Of a stretch of 64,000 nt of DNA, positions 11,206 to 22,702 are shown piece by piece; positions within the stretch are counted from its first letter, which is position 1, and each line of letters starts with the position of its first letter. The notes under the pieces are model-generated. The model ran no database searches. It was not told the origin of the DNA and worked only from the letters and a program-made list of their open reading frames with translations. Source of the DNA: Rhynchopus sp. YZ270_cl-10 (lineage: Eukaryota); the NCBI GenBank assembly GCA_964035575.1, contig OZ037836.1, positions 1,612,001-1,676,000 on the forward strand. Direction: 5' to 3'. Position numbers and translations under genes: made by a program.

Positions 11206-12136
11206 CGACGTGGTGTGCTGGTGGGAGGGGATAAAGGGAAGGACTGGAAGAAGGGTACGAAGAGAGGTGGGGGAGGGGGCAGGTGGGTACTGCCTACTCT
11301 ACTCGTCTGCACAAACATTACAAAACAAAAGAAAGACACAAAACCATAGGAGGCATAAAGCAGGGAAAGGGGTTGAGGGACAGGAGGATAGGGATAAAGT
11401 CTGCCTAGATCAGAAGCGGACCTGTGTTCACATGATCTTCCCTTGAAGGGAGACTGGGAAGAATGAAAGCTGGGGGACAGGAGGCTGACCTTATCCTCGG
11501 GTGTCACTACTGCGCTCAAGAAAAAAAACACAAAAAGACAAACAAAAAAGAAGTCAGCCCTCTGACCTCTCCCCTCTTTTTTCTTTTAGTAAACACGTAG
11601 TACGTGACAAAATGCTCGAGACCCTCGTGAAAAGTCGCGCGTTCTGCGTCTTCCCCCTCCCCGCTTGTTTTCCCCCTCTCTTTCCCCCCTGTGCTCCACA
11701 ACATTTTCTGTACTTCAGGCAAACACATTCAAACCGTAAATCTGCGTATTTACCGTTATCAAGTCGAGAAAAGAAAAGAAGAAAAAGAAACATTGTGGAA
11801 GCGAACAACAAACAACCTTAATTTTTCTTCTTCCCGTTTTTATCCTTTTGAGCAACAAGCAAAGAGTAACGAGTCTCTCGAGCATTTTTGTACGAGCATG
11901 CAATACGTCTGGAAATGAAAGACGCGTTCTTCGGTTGTCATGAGTCTTACCGTTTTCCCCTTCCCCCCTTGAGGCCCCTACCCCTTGCTCCATCCCCGTA
12001 CTTCAGGACGCGGGTTTTTCGGGGTTTTCGAGACTTTTGGGGTTTGAAATAAAACGACGACCCAGAGCAAACCCGCAAACGGCGGGTTTGCGGGTTTACG
12101 GGTTTGTAGAGAACACGGTGGACGGGCTCCTCGCAA

Positions 12137-12810
12137 TGATTGCGGAAACGGCTAAGAAGCTTTTCATGCACACTTTTGCACGTTTGGATCTTCTGCAGCA
12201 GGGGAACGAGAGTCTCAAGAAAACTATAGATTTAATTAAGAAGTCCCAGCAGACGGCACTCGACACTGATTTCTCGCCATTTGCCGTTGCAACCTGGAAA
12301 AACATCCAAAACAGCCGCATCCGCAAGGAGATCAGGGAAAAGGTAGGGAAGGCGTGCAGGGAGTTGACCCTACCCACTTTTGATAACGCGCTCGAGCATC
12401 AAAAGGGCGTCCTAAGATGCTTCGAGGCGCTGGACAACTCCTTGGCGCTGATCGAGGACTCAGAGGGGCCACCCGCAACCACGTTCCTCACACCCATTCA
12501 CAATACCATCGTAGAACTCACCTCGACCACAATTATTGGGGCTAATGCTGCCGGAAGGATGATGTACGAGTCTAAAGCAAAGGGATACGCAGATGACTTC
12601 TCGTAGGTCATACAAGCGAGAATTCTGGACACGGCCAAGAAACAGACGCACACAGAGGTAACGCCGAGGACGTGGTATTCAGGGAGGAACGCCAAGGAGA
12701 AGAGAAACGACAGGGCCAGGGGAGGAGACGATGCGAGGGGCCGCGACCGAGACTACTGGAGCAGAAATCGGGGAAAGGATGGAAGAAGGTACACAGGGCC
12801 CAGATGTTGA
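12137..12810 (+). pseudogene. Interrupted helical/basic ORF, possibly a gag-like mobile-element remnant
   Basis: MIAETAKKLF...ADDFS, then in-frame TAG (12604-12606), then VIQARILDTAKK...R/G/D-rich tail. Abuts the Ubl-LRR upstream region at ~12912. Confidence 0.3.
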
Positions 12811-13082
12811 CTGACAGGGGAAGAAATACAAGAAAACAGGACTATCGGGAGGACAACAGGGAAGAAAATTCACGACAATGCGATCAAAGAGAAGACAGAA
12901 TGGCGACAATAGGGGGAAGAGGACCCCAGCCAGAACCACCGTACGAACGGAGGAACTGCAGAAAACGCCAATGGCGACGTTTTCGAAAGGTTGAAACCTT
13001 TGCAAAATGGGGTATTTCTTGTCTTGTCCTCCACACCCCACCACCACACACAGAGATCAGAACACAAAACCACAACAAACAA

Positions 13083-13835
13083 ATGGACGTGCACTTCGAG
13101 GATTTCAGAGCGAATCAGCACACAGTCGAGGTGGGTGAAGATGACACAGTGGAGGGCTTGCGGCGGAAGGTGGCGTCTGCAATGGGGTTGCCTGAAGACA
13201 GCTTTTGCATGAGTTTCGGAGACGAAGCGATGGGAGAAGGAGCGGACATGACGCAGCTGAGTGCTGGTGACACAATCATCCTCACGAAGACGAAGACGCA
13301 GAAGTACGAAGCCATTGCAGAGCTTCATGCGTTGGGTGAGACCGACCTGACGCCAGAGAGGTTGGAGGAGGTGGAGGATCCTGAGGTGGTGTGTTTGCTT
13401 CTGCAGGCGGAGGTTGCGACTGTCATTCCTGATGCGTTCTTGAGGGAGGCATCGTTAACGCATCTTGATCTCAGTGCTGTGTCCTTTGTGACACAGATTG
13501 GAGACGACTTCCTCGAGTTCTGCACCTCGTTGACAAGTGTCGACCTCTCTGGGTTGAGCAATGTGACGGTGATTGGCAGTTACTTTCTTTCCGGATGCTA
13601 CTCTCTAACCAGCCTTGATCTGACATCACTGAGCAAGGTTGAGTATGTGGGTTCGGGTTTTGCTATTTTCTGCACTGCGTTGACGAGTATTTACCTTTCC
13701 GGCTGCAGCAGCGAGGTGTCCAACGAAGTAAGGACGAGTGATCATCTGAGGCATCTTGTGGTTGAAGCACCCCCGACACGCAGCACAGACGAATCCCCCG
13801 AGCAAGCACACAAACGACAGAGACACGCACAATGA
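13083..13835 (+). CDS. Ubl-LRR-NLS protein, copy C (3 LRRs, 250 aa)
   Basis: ATG in the same ACAAACAAATGGACGTG context as the other copies; intact to TGA. Confidence 0.9.
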   Translation: MDVHFEDFRANQHTVEVGEDDTVEGLRRKVASAMGLPEDSFCMSFGDEAMGEGADMTQLSAGDTIILTKTKTQKYEAIAELHALGETDLTPERLEEVEDPEVVCLLLQAEVATVIPDAFLREASLTHLDLSAVSFVTQIGDDFLEFCTSLTSVDLSGLSNVTVIGSYFLSGCYSLTSLDLTSLSKVEYVGSGFAIFCTALTSIYLSGCSSEVSNEVRTSDHLRHLVVEAPPTRSTDESPEQAHKRQRHAQ

Positions 13836-14269
13836 CGACGTGGTGTGCTGGTGGGAGGGGATAAAGGGAAGGACTGGAAGAAGGGTACGAAGGGAGGTTG
13901 GGAAGGGGACCGGTAGGTACTGCCTACTCTACTCGTCTGCACAAACTTTACAAAACACAGAAAGACACAAAACCATAGGAGGCATAAAGCAGGGAAAGGG
14001 GTTGAGGGACAGGAGGATAGGGATAAAGTCTGCCTAGATCAGAAGCGGACATGTGTTCACATGATCTTCCCTTGAAGGGAGACTGGGAAGAATGAAAGAT
14101 GGAGGACAGGAGGCTGGGGATACACATAAAGCTATTTGGGAGAACTGCTATTATTTGTGGATGAACTTATGTGGGGGTACTTTACCAAAAACAAAAAGCA
14201 AATGAGCAAAAAAGAAAAACGTCAGCCCTCTGAGTGACCTCTCCCCTCTTTTTACTTTTTGCATTATGA

Positions 14270-15380
14270 AACACATTTTCTCGCTCTACGCACACACTAT
14301 GTCTGATACACCACACCACACTTTATCCGACTCAGAACACACCTTCCACGACACTATCAGTCGGTGGGGGGACAGCAGCAGCTCAGTTTCATTGGTACAA
14401 CTGCACAGACGAGGCTGACCACCACTGTCTTCTGTCTGGCGAGCCTCTGGCGGCATGCGGGACCGTTTTGCCTGGAGCAGTGTTCGTCACATAGCTTGAG
14501 AACCGCCGACCACCAAACGCAGCAGACCACACACCAAGTGGAGAACCATTTGACGGCTTGACGGTGCTGGAGATGGTGGCACCTGCAGAGGAGGTGGCTG
14601 CTGTGGCAACGCACAACCCAGGCTTTGCTGTCTGCATTGAGAACAGAGAGCACACGGCACGCCTTGTTGGCAGCCTCCCTGCACACTGGGCACATCATCT
14701 CTCTCTATCTCTCTCACGGCAACGCACAGCCTGGCGATGTCACCTACCAACTCAGGGCCTACGGAGTCACCGGGACAACACTCAAGGAGGTAGTCTTCTC
14801 TGACATGGTGGCACCACACAGGGCAGGCTCGCAGCCTCTCAGCCACATGCTTTAATATGGGTGCCTCGATACGCACGGAGTCCGCTTTATCCGCAACACC
14901 ATCGCTGTCGGGAAAGGTTGGTGTCCTCTGGATTGGTGTTGACTTTCCAGTGGACACTCCCGTTGGTGTGCATGAAGGGACAGCAAAGGGTTGTCTTGAG
15001 GGTGGGAACGTTGTGTCGCTGTACAACGTCAGCGCCAACGTCTCAGGTGAAGCTCTGAGGACCACGGGAGTGAAGATGTGTACACATTCCGGAGGCTCCT
15101 CTGGATCAACATTCACGTTCATCCTGATTCCTGCAGTGGGGTTGGCTTGGGTTGGTGCAGTGGCAGGGAAGCACGCTGTCTCGATCACCCCGACCCCCAT
15201 TACGACCCCCTCAGGACTGCGTACGGCAGGGAGCACAGCAAACGTTCTCTTCCACTCAATCCTCACAGCGAAGCCTCTGGACATGGCAAAACACTGTGGG
15301 GTGCGCAACTTCGAGGTCGGCTAGGGCACGCCACGCTATATCCCCTGAAGCCGTCCGTGCAAAGGGTGCCAGCAGGAAGC
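14270..15380 (+). pseudogene. Degenerate gene fragments in array spacer (homologous to ~18470-19590)
   Basis: Shared blocks such as CCGCAACACCATCGCTGTCGG...CATTCCGGAGGCTCC and GCAGTGGCAGGGAAGCACG...AAAGGGTGCCAGC; broken reading frames. Confidence 0.5.
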
Positions 15381-15756
15381 TGACCTAATGACCCTGTGTC
15401 TGCAATGATGCTGTTCATTTGATTGATGAGAGGAAGCGGAGGGTGCAGAGGGTGGAGGGCATATCAGATGCAAACCTCACATTGGGGTGCACACACAGCA
15501 CAGTCTTTGCAGTAATATTCATTTCGTTCTCCCAGATCAGCGGCGCAGGGATTAGCTCCACATAGCCTCACCCACGGGGAAGAATGGACCCCAGACAGAA
15601 CCACCGTACAAACGGAGGCACTGCAGAAAACGCCAATGACGACGTTTTCGAGCATTTGTTCAGGGTTGAAACCCTGCAAAATGGGGTATTTCTTGTCTTG
15701 TCCTCCACACCCCACCACCACACACAGAGATCAGAACACAAAACCACAACAAACAA

Positions 15757-16725
15757 ATGGACGTGCACTTCGAGGATTTCAGAGCGAATCAGCACACAGT
15801 CGAGGTGGGTGAAGATGACACAGTGGAGGGCTTGCGGCGGAAGGTGGCGACTGCAATGGGGTTGCCTGAAGACAGCTTTTGCATGAGTTTCGGAGGCGAA
15901 GCGATGGGAGAAGGAGCGGACATGACGCAGCTGAGTGCTGGTGACACAATCATCCTCACGAAGACGAAGAAACAAGAAGCCATTGCAGAGCTTCATGCGT
16001 TGGGTGTGACCGACCTGACGCCAGAGAGGTTGGAGGAGGTGGAGGATCCTGAGGTGGCGTGTTTGCTTCTGCAGGCGGAGGTTGCGACTGTCATTCCTGA
16101 TGGGTTCTTGAAGAAGGCATTGTTAACGCACCTTGATCTCAGTGCTGTGTCCTTTGTGACACAGATTGGAGACAACTTCCTGGCATACTGCACCTCGTTG
16201 ACAAGCGTCGACCTCTCTGGGTTGAGCAATGTGACGGTGATTGGCAGTTACTTTCTTTCCAGATGCAACTCTTTAACCACCCTGGATCTCACACCATTCA
16301 ACAACGTGAGGATGTTTGACGAGTACTTTCTTTTCTACTGCGAAGCTTTAACCACCCTGGATCTCACACCACACAATAACGTGACGGTGATTGCCACTTA
16401 CTTTCTTTACGGCTGCAAATCTTTAACCAGCCTGGATCTGACAGCACTCAACAATGTGACGGCGATTTCCGGTTACTTTCTTGACGGCTGCAACTCTTTA
16501 ACCAGCCTTGATCTGACATCACTGAGCAAGGTTGAGTATGTGGGTTCGGGTTTTGCTAATAACTGTACTTCGTTGACGAGCATTTACCTTTCCGGCTGCA
16601 GCAGTGTTATGTTAAACGCAGTGCAGTTCGGCGGACTGAGTGAGCTTGTGGTCGAAGCACGTCCGAAACAAAGCAGAGACGAATCCCCCGAGCAAGCACA
16701 CAAGCGACAGAGACACGCACAATGA
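15757..16725 (+). CDS. Ubl-LRR-NLS protein, copy D (6 LRRs, 322 aa)
   Basis: Intact paralogue with the same 5' and 3' flanks as copies B and C. Confidence 0.9.
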   Translation: MDVHFEDFRANQHTVEVGEDDTVEGLRRKVATAMGLPEDSFCMSFGGEAMGEGADMTQLSAGDTIILTKTKKQEAIAELHALGVTDLTPERLEEVEDPEVACLLLQAEVATVIPDGFLKKALLTHLDLSAVSFVTQIGDNFLAYCTSLTSVDLSGLSNVTVIGSYFLSRCNSLTTLDLTPFNNVRMFDEYFLFYCEALTTLDLTPHNNVTVIATYFLYGCKSLTSLDLTALNNVTAISGYFLDGCNSLTSLDLTSLSKVEYVGSGFANNCTSLTSIYLSGCSSVMLNAVQFGGLSELVVEARPKQSRDESPEQAHKRQRHAQ

Positions 16726-17063
16726 CGACGTGGTGTGCTGGTGGGAGGGGATAAAGGGAAGGACTGGAAGAAGGGTACGAAGGGAGGTGGGGAAGGGAGG
16801 CCGGTAGGTACTGCCTACTCTACTCGTCTGCACAAAATTTACAAAACACAGAAAGACACAAAACCATAGGAGACATAAAGCAGGGAAAGGGGTTGAGGGA
16901 CAGGAGGATAGGGATAAAGTCTGCCTAGATCAGAAGCGGACCTGTGTTCACATGATCTTCCCTTGAAGGGAGACTGGGAAGAATGAAAGATGGGGGACAG
17001 GAGGCTGGGGATACATATAAAGCTATTTGGGAGAACCGATAGTATTTGTGGATGAACTTATTT

Positions 17064-17539
17064 CATGGATGTAGAAAGTACTTCACGTACTTTTTTTTGA
17101 AAAAAAAAAGTAAAAAAGTACGTGACGAAAAATAAAAAAAAAACGTACTTTTTTTTTTTTGAAAAAAAAAAAGTACTTTTTTACCCATTTGGGTATGGGT
17201 TCATATTTCGTGAAAATTTTAGTCACTAAAATTTTGTCCATTTTTCTGTATATCGCCCACCACAGAATGGGCGGATTCCGGAAATGCAAATGCGGGTGTT
17301 TTCGGGCATTTTTATGGCCGAAAACGCTCCATTATTTTCACGTACGTTGATTTTCACGTGAAAAAAAAAGTACTTTTTTTTTTTTGAAAAAAAAAAAGTA
17401 CTTTTTTTCGTTTTTTTTTCGAAATCACGTAAATCACGTAAAATTTTTTTTCAAAAAACGTCACGTACGTGAAGTATCACGTAACCCGATTTTTGGAAAA
17501 AAAGTACTTTTTTTTCGTCACGTACTTTCTACATCCATG
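17064..17539. mobile_element. MITE, 18-bp TIR CATGGATGTAGAAAGTAC, 6-bp TSD TTATTT
   Basis: TIRs at 17064-17081 and 17522-17539; TSD at 17058-17063 and 17540-17545. The paralogous empty site is at ~14165-14180 (GAACTTATGTGGGGG). Confidence 0.9.
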
Positions 17540-17729
17540 TTATTTGGGGGTACTTTACCAAAAACAAAAAGCAAATGAGCAAAGAGTCAAGGTGGAGATT
17601 GCACAACTGTGGCAACACAACCGAGGCAACTACACTCCAAGAATTTATCAAAAAGAATAACAATGAAACAACTGTAAAGCATTTGGAAGAGTAGACCTTG
17701 TCTTCGTGTGTCACTACTGCAATCATGTT

Positions 17730-18373
17730 CAGGGAAATAGCTTGGGTACTTTTGCTGGTTTCAAAACCAGAACGAGCTGGTTTACTGGTTTGGGGAAAAA
17801 TAAAAAAAAAAAGTGGGATTCGGGATTCAGTTTTTCGCTTCCCCCCTGCACCACTTTCTTCACAGAAGAAAGCCTCACACGTAAGCGAACCCCTAAAAAG
17901 GGTGCATTGAGTGACTCTGTGGTGTAAAAAGCTACATTTTTTGCACCATACCCTAATTTTTTTTCGCCTGCGGCGCCACTTGATATTATTTTTTTTGCTC
18001 CGCAAAAAAATAGAGTTTACAATGGCTAAAGGGATTCCCTTGCATTTTGCAGCCAAACAAAATGCAACTTGGCCAAAGCTGCAAAAAGTTGACCGTTTTT
18101 TCAAAATGACCCACCGTTGCAACAGCCCCTGCTTCTGGAAGACGTATTGATTTATACGGTTAGTGGAACGTAAGGTGCAAGACCAAGCTCCGTTAACAAA
18201 GGATTATATCCCGTTTTCTTTGTCTCGCAAACCTTACCCTGTACCTCTCCACTCTGGCTGTCAGGGAGGCGCGCGCGAAGCGCGCGACGACCGCTTTCAA
18301 CTGGGGAAATTTTTTTTTCTAAACCAGCAAACCAGCAACATTTGAAAAGTGCACCTTTCAAGCTACTACCCTG
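17730..18373. mobile_element. hAT-like MITE, CAGGG TIR, 8-bp TSD ATCATGTT
   Basis: CAGGGAAATAGCTTG / CAAGCTACTACCCTG (2 mismatches); ATCATGTT on both sides. Confidence 0.8.
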
Positions 18374-20586
18374 ATCATGTTTTCAACAAAAAAAAAAAAA
18401 ACACAAAAAGACAAACAACAAATAAGTCAGCCCTCTGAGTGACCTCTCCCCTCTTTTTACTTTTGCATTATGAAACACATTTCCTCGCTCTACGCACACA
18501 CTATGTCTGATACATTACCCGCAACACCATCGCTGTCGGAAAGGTTGGTGTCCTCTGGATTGGTGTTGACTTTCCAGTGGACACTCCCGTTGGTGTGCAT
18601 GAAGGGACAGCAAAGGGTTGTCTTGAGGACGGGAACGTTGTGTCGCTGTACAACGTCAGCGCCAACGTCTCAGGCGAAGCTCTGAGGACCACGGGGGTGA
18701 AGATGTGTACACATTCCGGAGGCTCCACTGGAGCAACTCTGATCTCGGGATTGACAGCAACGTCCGCACAGTACACCCCGATACAGGTACGGCAGCGACC
18801 CCCTCCTCAGCTTGAAACTACCCTGGTTCACAAAAGGCTGACAATCGGATCGCACGGCTTCCCCACAAACGTCGCTGTGAACACTACAAAGCCTGTTAAG
18901 GGTAAACCCATCCCTGTCCAGACGAGCCGCTCATGGGAGAGGCCCCTGTGAAGATGACCGTACGACGCGAAGGGGGTGGCTGTGGTGACGAAGGTGACTG
19001 ACCTTGAGAAGACCTCACTTCTGGACAGCGAAATGACGTGGAGGAGTGTGCACGCTGGGTCAGGGCTGGAGGAGCAGGCTGTCGTACGACTCGAACCTGG
19101 AGATAAATGTTGCCTTTACGACGGTGCCTTGAGTAGCATGCGTTGGATGTTGTCCCGAACGCACCTAAGTGTATGGTAGGCATGGACACGATAGGTGCTG
19201 TGTTCAAGCTCATTGAGTGTTGGTCTGCCGACATCGGAAACAACATGTTTTGGTGTTGCCAGCCAGACAGTGGTGTGCTCTTGAAGCTCCAAGGCCCTCG
19301 CGATGCCTGGAGCAACGACTCTACTCCAAGGGTTATACGACATTCACGTTCATCCCTGATTCCTGGGGTGGGGTTGGTGCAGTGGCAGGGAAGCACGCTG
19401 TCTCGATCACCCCGACCCCCATGATGACCCTCAGGACTGCGTACGGCAGGGAGCACAGCAAACGTTCTCTTCCTTTCAATCCTCACAGCGAAGCCTCTGG
19501 ACATGGCAAAACACTGTGGGGTGCGCAACTTCGAGGTCGGCTAGGGCACGCCATGCTGTTCCCCTGAAGCCGTCCGTGCAAAGGGTGCCAGCGTGGTGAC
19601 ACTCCACCAAAGAATTCCAGGGGCCGTCAATGGTGAACCCTGACATCAACTGCCCATTAGGCACGGGAGGTGCGGAGTGTCCGCGACCTACGTTGCGGCT
19701 TCTTCCAGGTGGTGGTCCCGGTGGAAGTGCGTCGCTACTTCCGTTTCCTCGACGACGCTGGTGTGTGGTGGGAGTGGACGAGGTTGCAGATGGGCCATTC
19801 CTGTGGCCCATCTGAGGGGGTTGGGGTGGATGTGATGGGGAAACGTTGGCTTCTTTGCCTTTGTCTCTTCTAATGAAGTTGGAAAGAACAAGAAAATAGA
19901 TTGAAACAAAAAAAAAAAAAAAAACGTTATTTTCCTTGTCCTCTTTTATCCACGCATCTCTGTGGAGTTCTCACCTTTTGTTTTCCAGCCGGGATCTGAG
20001 CTAATGACCCTGTGTCTGCAATGATGCTGTTCATTTGATTGATGAGAGGAAGCGGAGGGTGCAGAGGGTGGAGGGCATATCAGATGCAAACCTCGCATTG
20101 GGGTGCACACACAGCACAGTCCTTGCAGTAATGTTCATTTCGTTCTCCCAGATCAGCGGCGCAAGGATTAGCTCCACATAGCCTCACCCACGGGGAAGAG
20201 GACCCCAGCCAGAACCACCGTACGAACGGAGGAACTGCAGAAAACGCCAATACCAACGTTTTCGAGCATTTGTTCAGGGTTGAAACCCTGCAAAATGGGG
20301 TATTTCTTGTCTTGTCCTCCACACCCTACCACCACACACAGAGATCAGAATACAAAACCACAACAAACAAATGGACGTGCACTTCGAGGATTTCAGAGCG
20401 AATCAGCACACAGTCGAGGTGGGTGCAGATGACACAGTGGAGGGCTTGCGGCGGAAGGTGGCGACTGCAATGGGGTTGCCTGAAGACGGCTTTTGCATGA
20501 GTTTCGGTGGCGAACCGATGGGAGAAGGAGCGGACATGACGCAGCTGAGTGCTGGTGACACAATCATCCTCACGAAGACGAAGAAG

Positions 20587-22239
20587 GGGGCAATTAACGT
20601 CTGACCAACCGCCAAGTGGGGCCCCTGGACGCCGTGTTCGCATGGTACTGAGTCAGCGTGGGCGGCCGCCTCTCCAATGATGGATTCGCTCGGGACCGGA
20701 GGAGGAACAAGCCGATGTGGGGACCCTGGTTATTAACACAACATCACAGTCAATTTCGGGCAGATCACCAGCTTATGTAGGCTACGCAAACCCCTTCGAG
20801 GGGTTTCAAGAATCTGTTACCTGTGCGGTGACTGGGAGTGTGTTGATGCCGATGAGGGGATCCCAGGTACAAGAAGGAAGCGTTGCCGGTGTCTCTACTG
20901 GTGACGGAATATTGTTGCTGTTCCTGTGTTGTCGTTTGACCGCATGGGAACGTTTTGTTGCTTTGTTGGTGCGTACACTGTATGTGAAACAACTGTGGAT
21001 CAGCAGGTACGTGCTCTTGTGTATTCAGTGTGGTGTGTTGTAGTTTTGTTCAGTTCAGTTCAGTTTTCATCTTTTTGCCGTAGTAGAATTCTTGTGTTAT
21101 GTGTTTAACCTCAGGCTGTGTACACCGTAGTGAAACATCTGTGGATCTGCAGGTGCGTGCTCTGTCGTTAATTCAGTGTGGCATGTTGTAGTTTTTGGTC
21201 TGTTTTTACGTTTTTATACGTTAGTAGAAGAAGGGATCTGCGAACATTCATTCGCAGGTGGGTACAAGTTGTCGCCGTGGCATTCAGCTACGGTGCAGAA
21301 GAAGTAGTAGGGCAGACCAACGTCTGTGCTAGAAGGAAGAGGTTAAGCTTTCAGGGTGTATGCACTGTACGTGAAACAACTGTGGATCTGCAGGTACATG
21401 CTCTGCTGTTTTTCCATTGTGTTTATTTTTGTTCTATTTTCACGTGCTTTGGTACGTTGACAGATGAAGGAGTTGTCGTCGTGGCGTCCAGCTACGGTGC
21501 AGAAGAGGCAGTAGGGCAGACCAACTACCAACTGTAGGGTCTGTGCTACGCGGAAAGGCTGGTACTTGAGTTTGTTCACTGTTTGTTGTAACTCCTTCCC
21601 TGCCGGCACTCCCTTACTTGTAAGGAAGAAGTTACAACTTTCTCTGTACAAATCAGGGGGATTTTGTGTGGCCGTCTGCCATATTGTGTGGACATGTTAG
21701 CTGACGGTGCTGCTGTTTCTTTTACAGCAACACTGCTCTTGCTGTTGATTTTTCTTTTTCATTTTTACTTTTATTGTTTCGAAAAACGGAGGTTAATGTT
21801 TCCGGTTCGGGCCTGGACTCCGACCCCTACTTTTGCTGACGCGTACGAACGGTCGTGAACCGTCCCCACTCTCTTACGGTGCGGGCAACGCGGTAACGGT
21901 GGCTAGGAAGAAGGGAATCACCCAGAACCACTAATCGCAGCCTGACAGGCACCGAACCTCGGGTGAGAATCCCCTCCTGTCAGCCCTGTTCGAAGTACCT
22001 ATTTTGTTTGACCTTCTTGTCTTTTTGACTTTTTGACTTTTCTTTTATGCTATCGAACAGTGCACCCCCAGTAGTGTTGGCATGCATACCTGGGCTGGTC
22101 GGCTTGCCGATCTGTTCCAGGGACTGGGGTAAAGTGCCATTAAACGCAGCAGGTACCTGTGTTTTTTGGGGGTCTTTTGGTTGGGAAGGTCACAGAAAGA
22201 AGGCCCGGCCTGCCAGAGACCGTTAAAACGGACTACCAC
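20587..22239. mobile_element. 1653-bp non-coding insertion with perfect 19-bp TSD (probable non-autonomous retroposon)
   Basis: CCTCACGAAGACGAAGAAG at 20568-20586 and 22240-22258. No TIRs and no credible long ORF; internal imperfect repeats at ~20970, ~21120, ~21360 and ~21270, ~21470. Confidence 0.85.
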
Positions 22240-22572
22240 CCTCACGAAGACGAAGAAGTACGAAGCCTTTGCAGAGCTTCATGCGTTGGGTGTGACCGAC
22301 ATTACAGCCGAGAAGTTGGAGAGTGTGGAGGATGCTGAGGTGGCGTGTTTGCTTCTGCAGGCGGAGGTTGCGACTATCATTCCTGATGGGTTCTTGAGAG
22401 AGTCATCGTTGACGAGACTTGATCTCAGTGCTGTGTCCTTTGTGACACAGATTGGAGACAACTTCCTCGAGGAGTGCACCTCGTTGACAAGTGTCGACCT
22501 CTCTGGGTTGAGCAATGTGACGGTGATTGGCGATTGCTTTCTTTCCGACTGCAACTCTTTAACCACTCTGGA

Positions 22573-22702
22573 GGGATACACACAACGTACACAAAAAGAA
22601 AGAATATAAACAATGTTTTCGTACATGGTGTCGAAGTCACGTCCAGCCTCCACGCGGAGTATCCCGGGCAACGATCCGTCACACGGATCGGCCAAGTGGA
22701 CG
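22573..22702 (+). ncRNA. HDV-like self-cleaving ribozyme at the element 5' end
   Basis: P1 GGGAUAC(22573-79)/GUAUCCC(22659-65); P2 CGUCCA(22640-45)/UGGACG(22697-702); P3 GCC/GGA (one mismatch); L3 UCCACGC; GG-GCAAC; P4 GAUCCGU-CAC-ACGGAUC; J4/2 GGCCAAG with putative catalytic C22692. Matches the HDV ribozyme layout element by element. Confidence 0.85.

Noticed and set aside
12672..13082. N-terminal extension of copy C in the ORF track (likewise 52497-53132 for copy F)
   Set aside because: Non-ATG starts; paralogues define the ATG at MDVHFEDF.
21850..21915. GGGCAAC...GGCTAG resembling an HDV ribozyme core in the 1.65-kb insertion
   Set aside because: P1/P2/P3 cannot be built with correct spacing; no P1 partner was found for the 5' GGGGCAA either.
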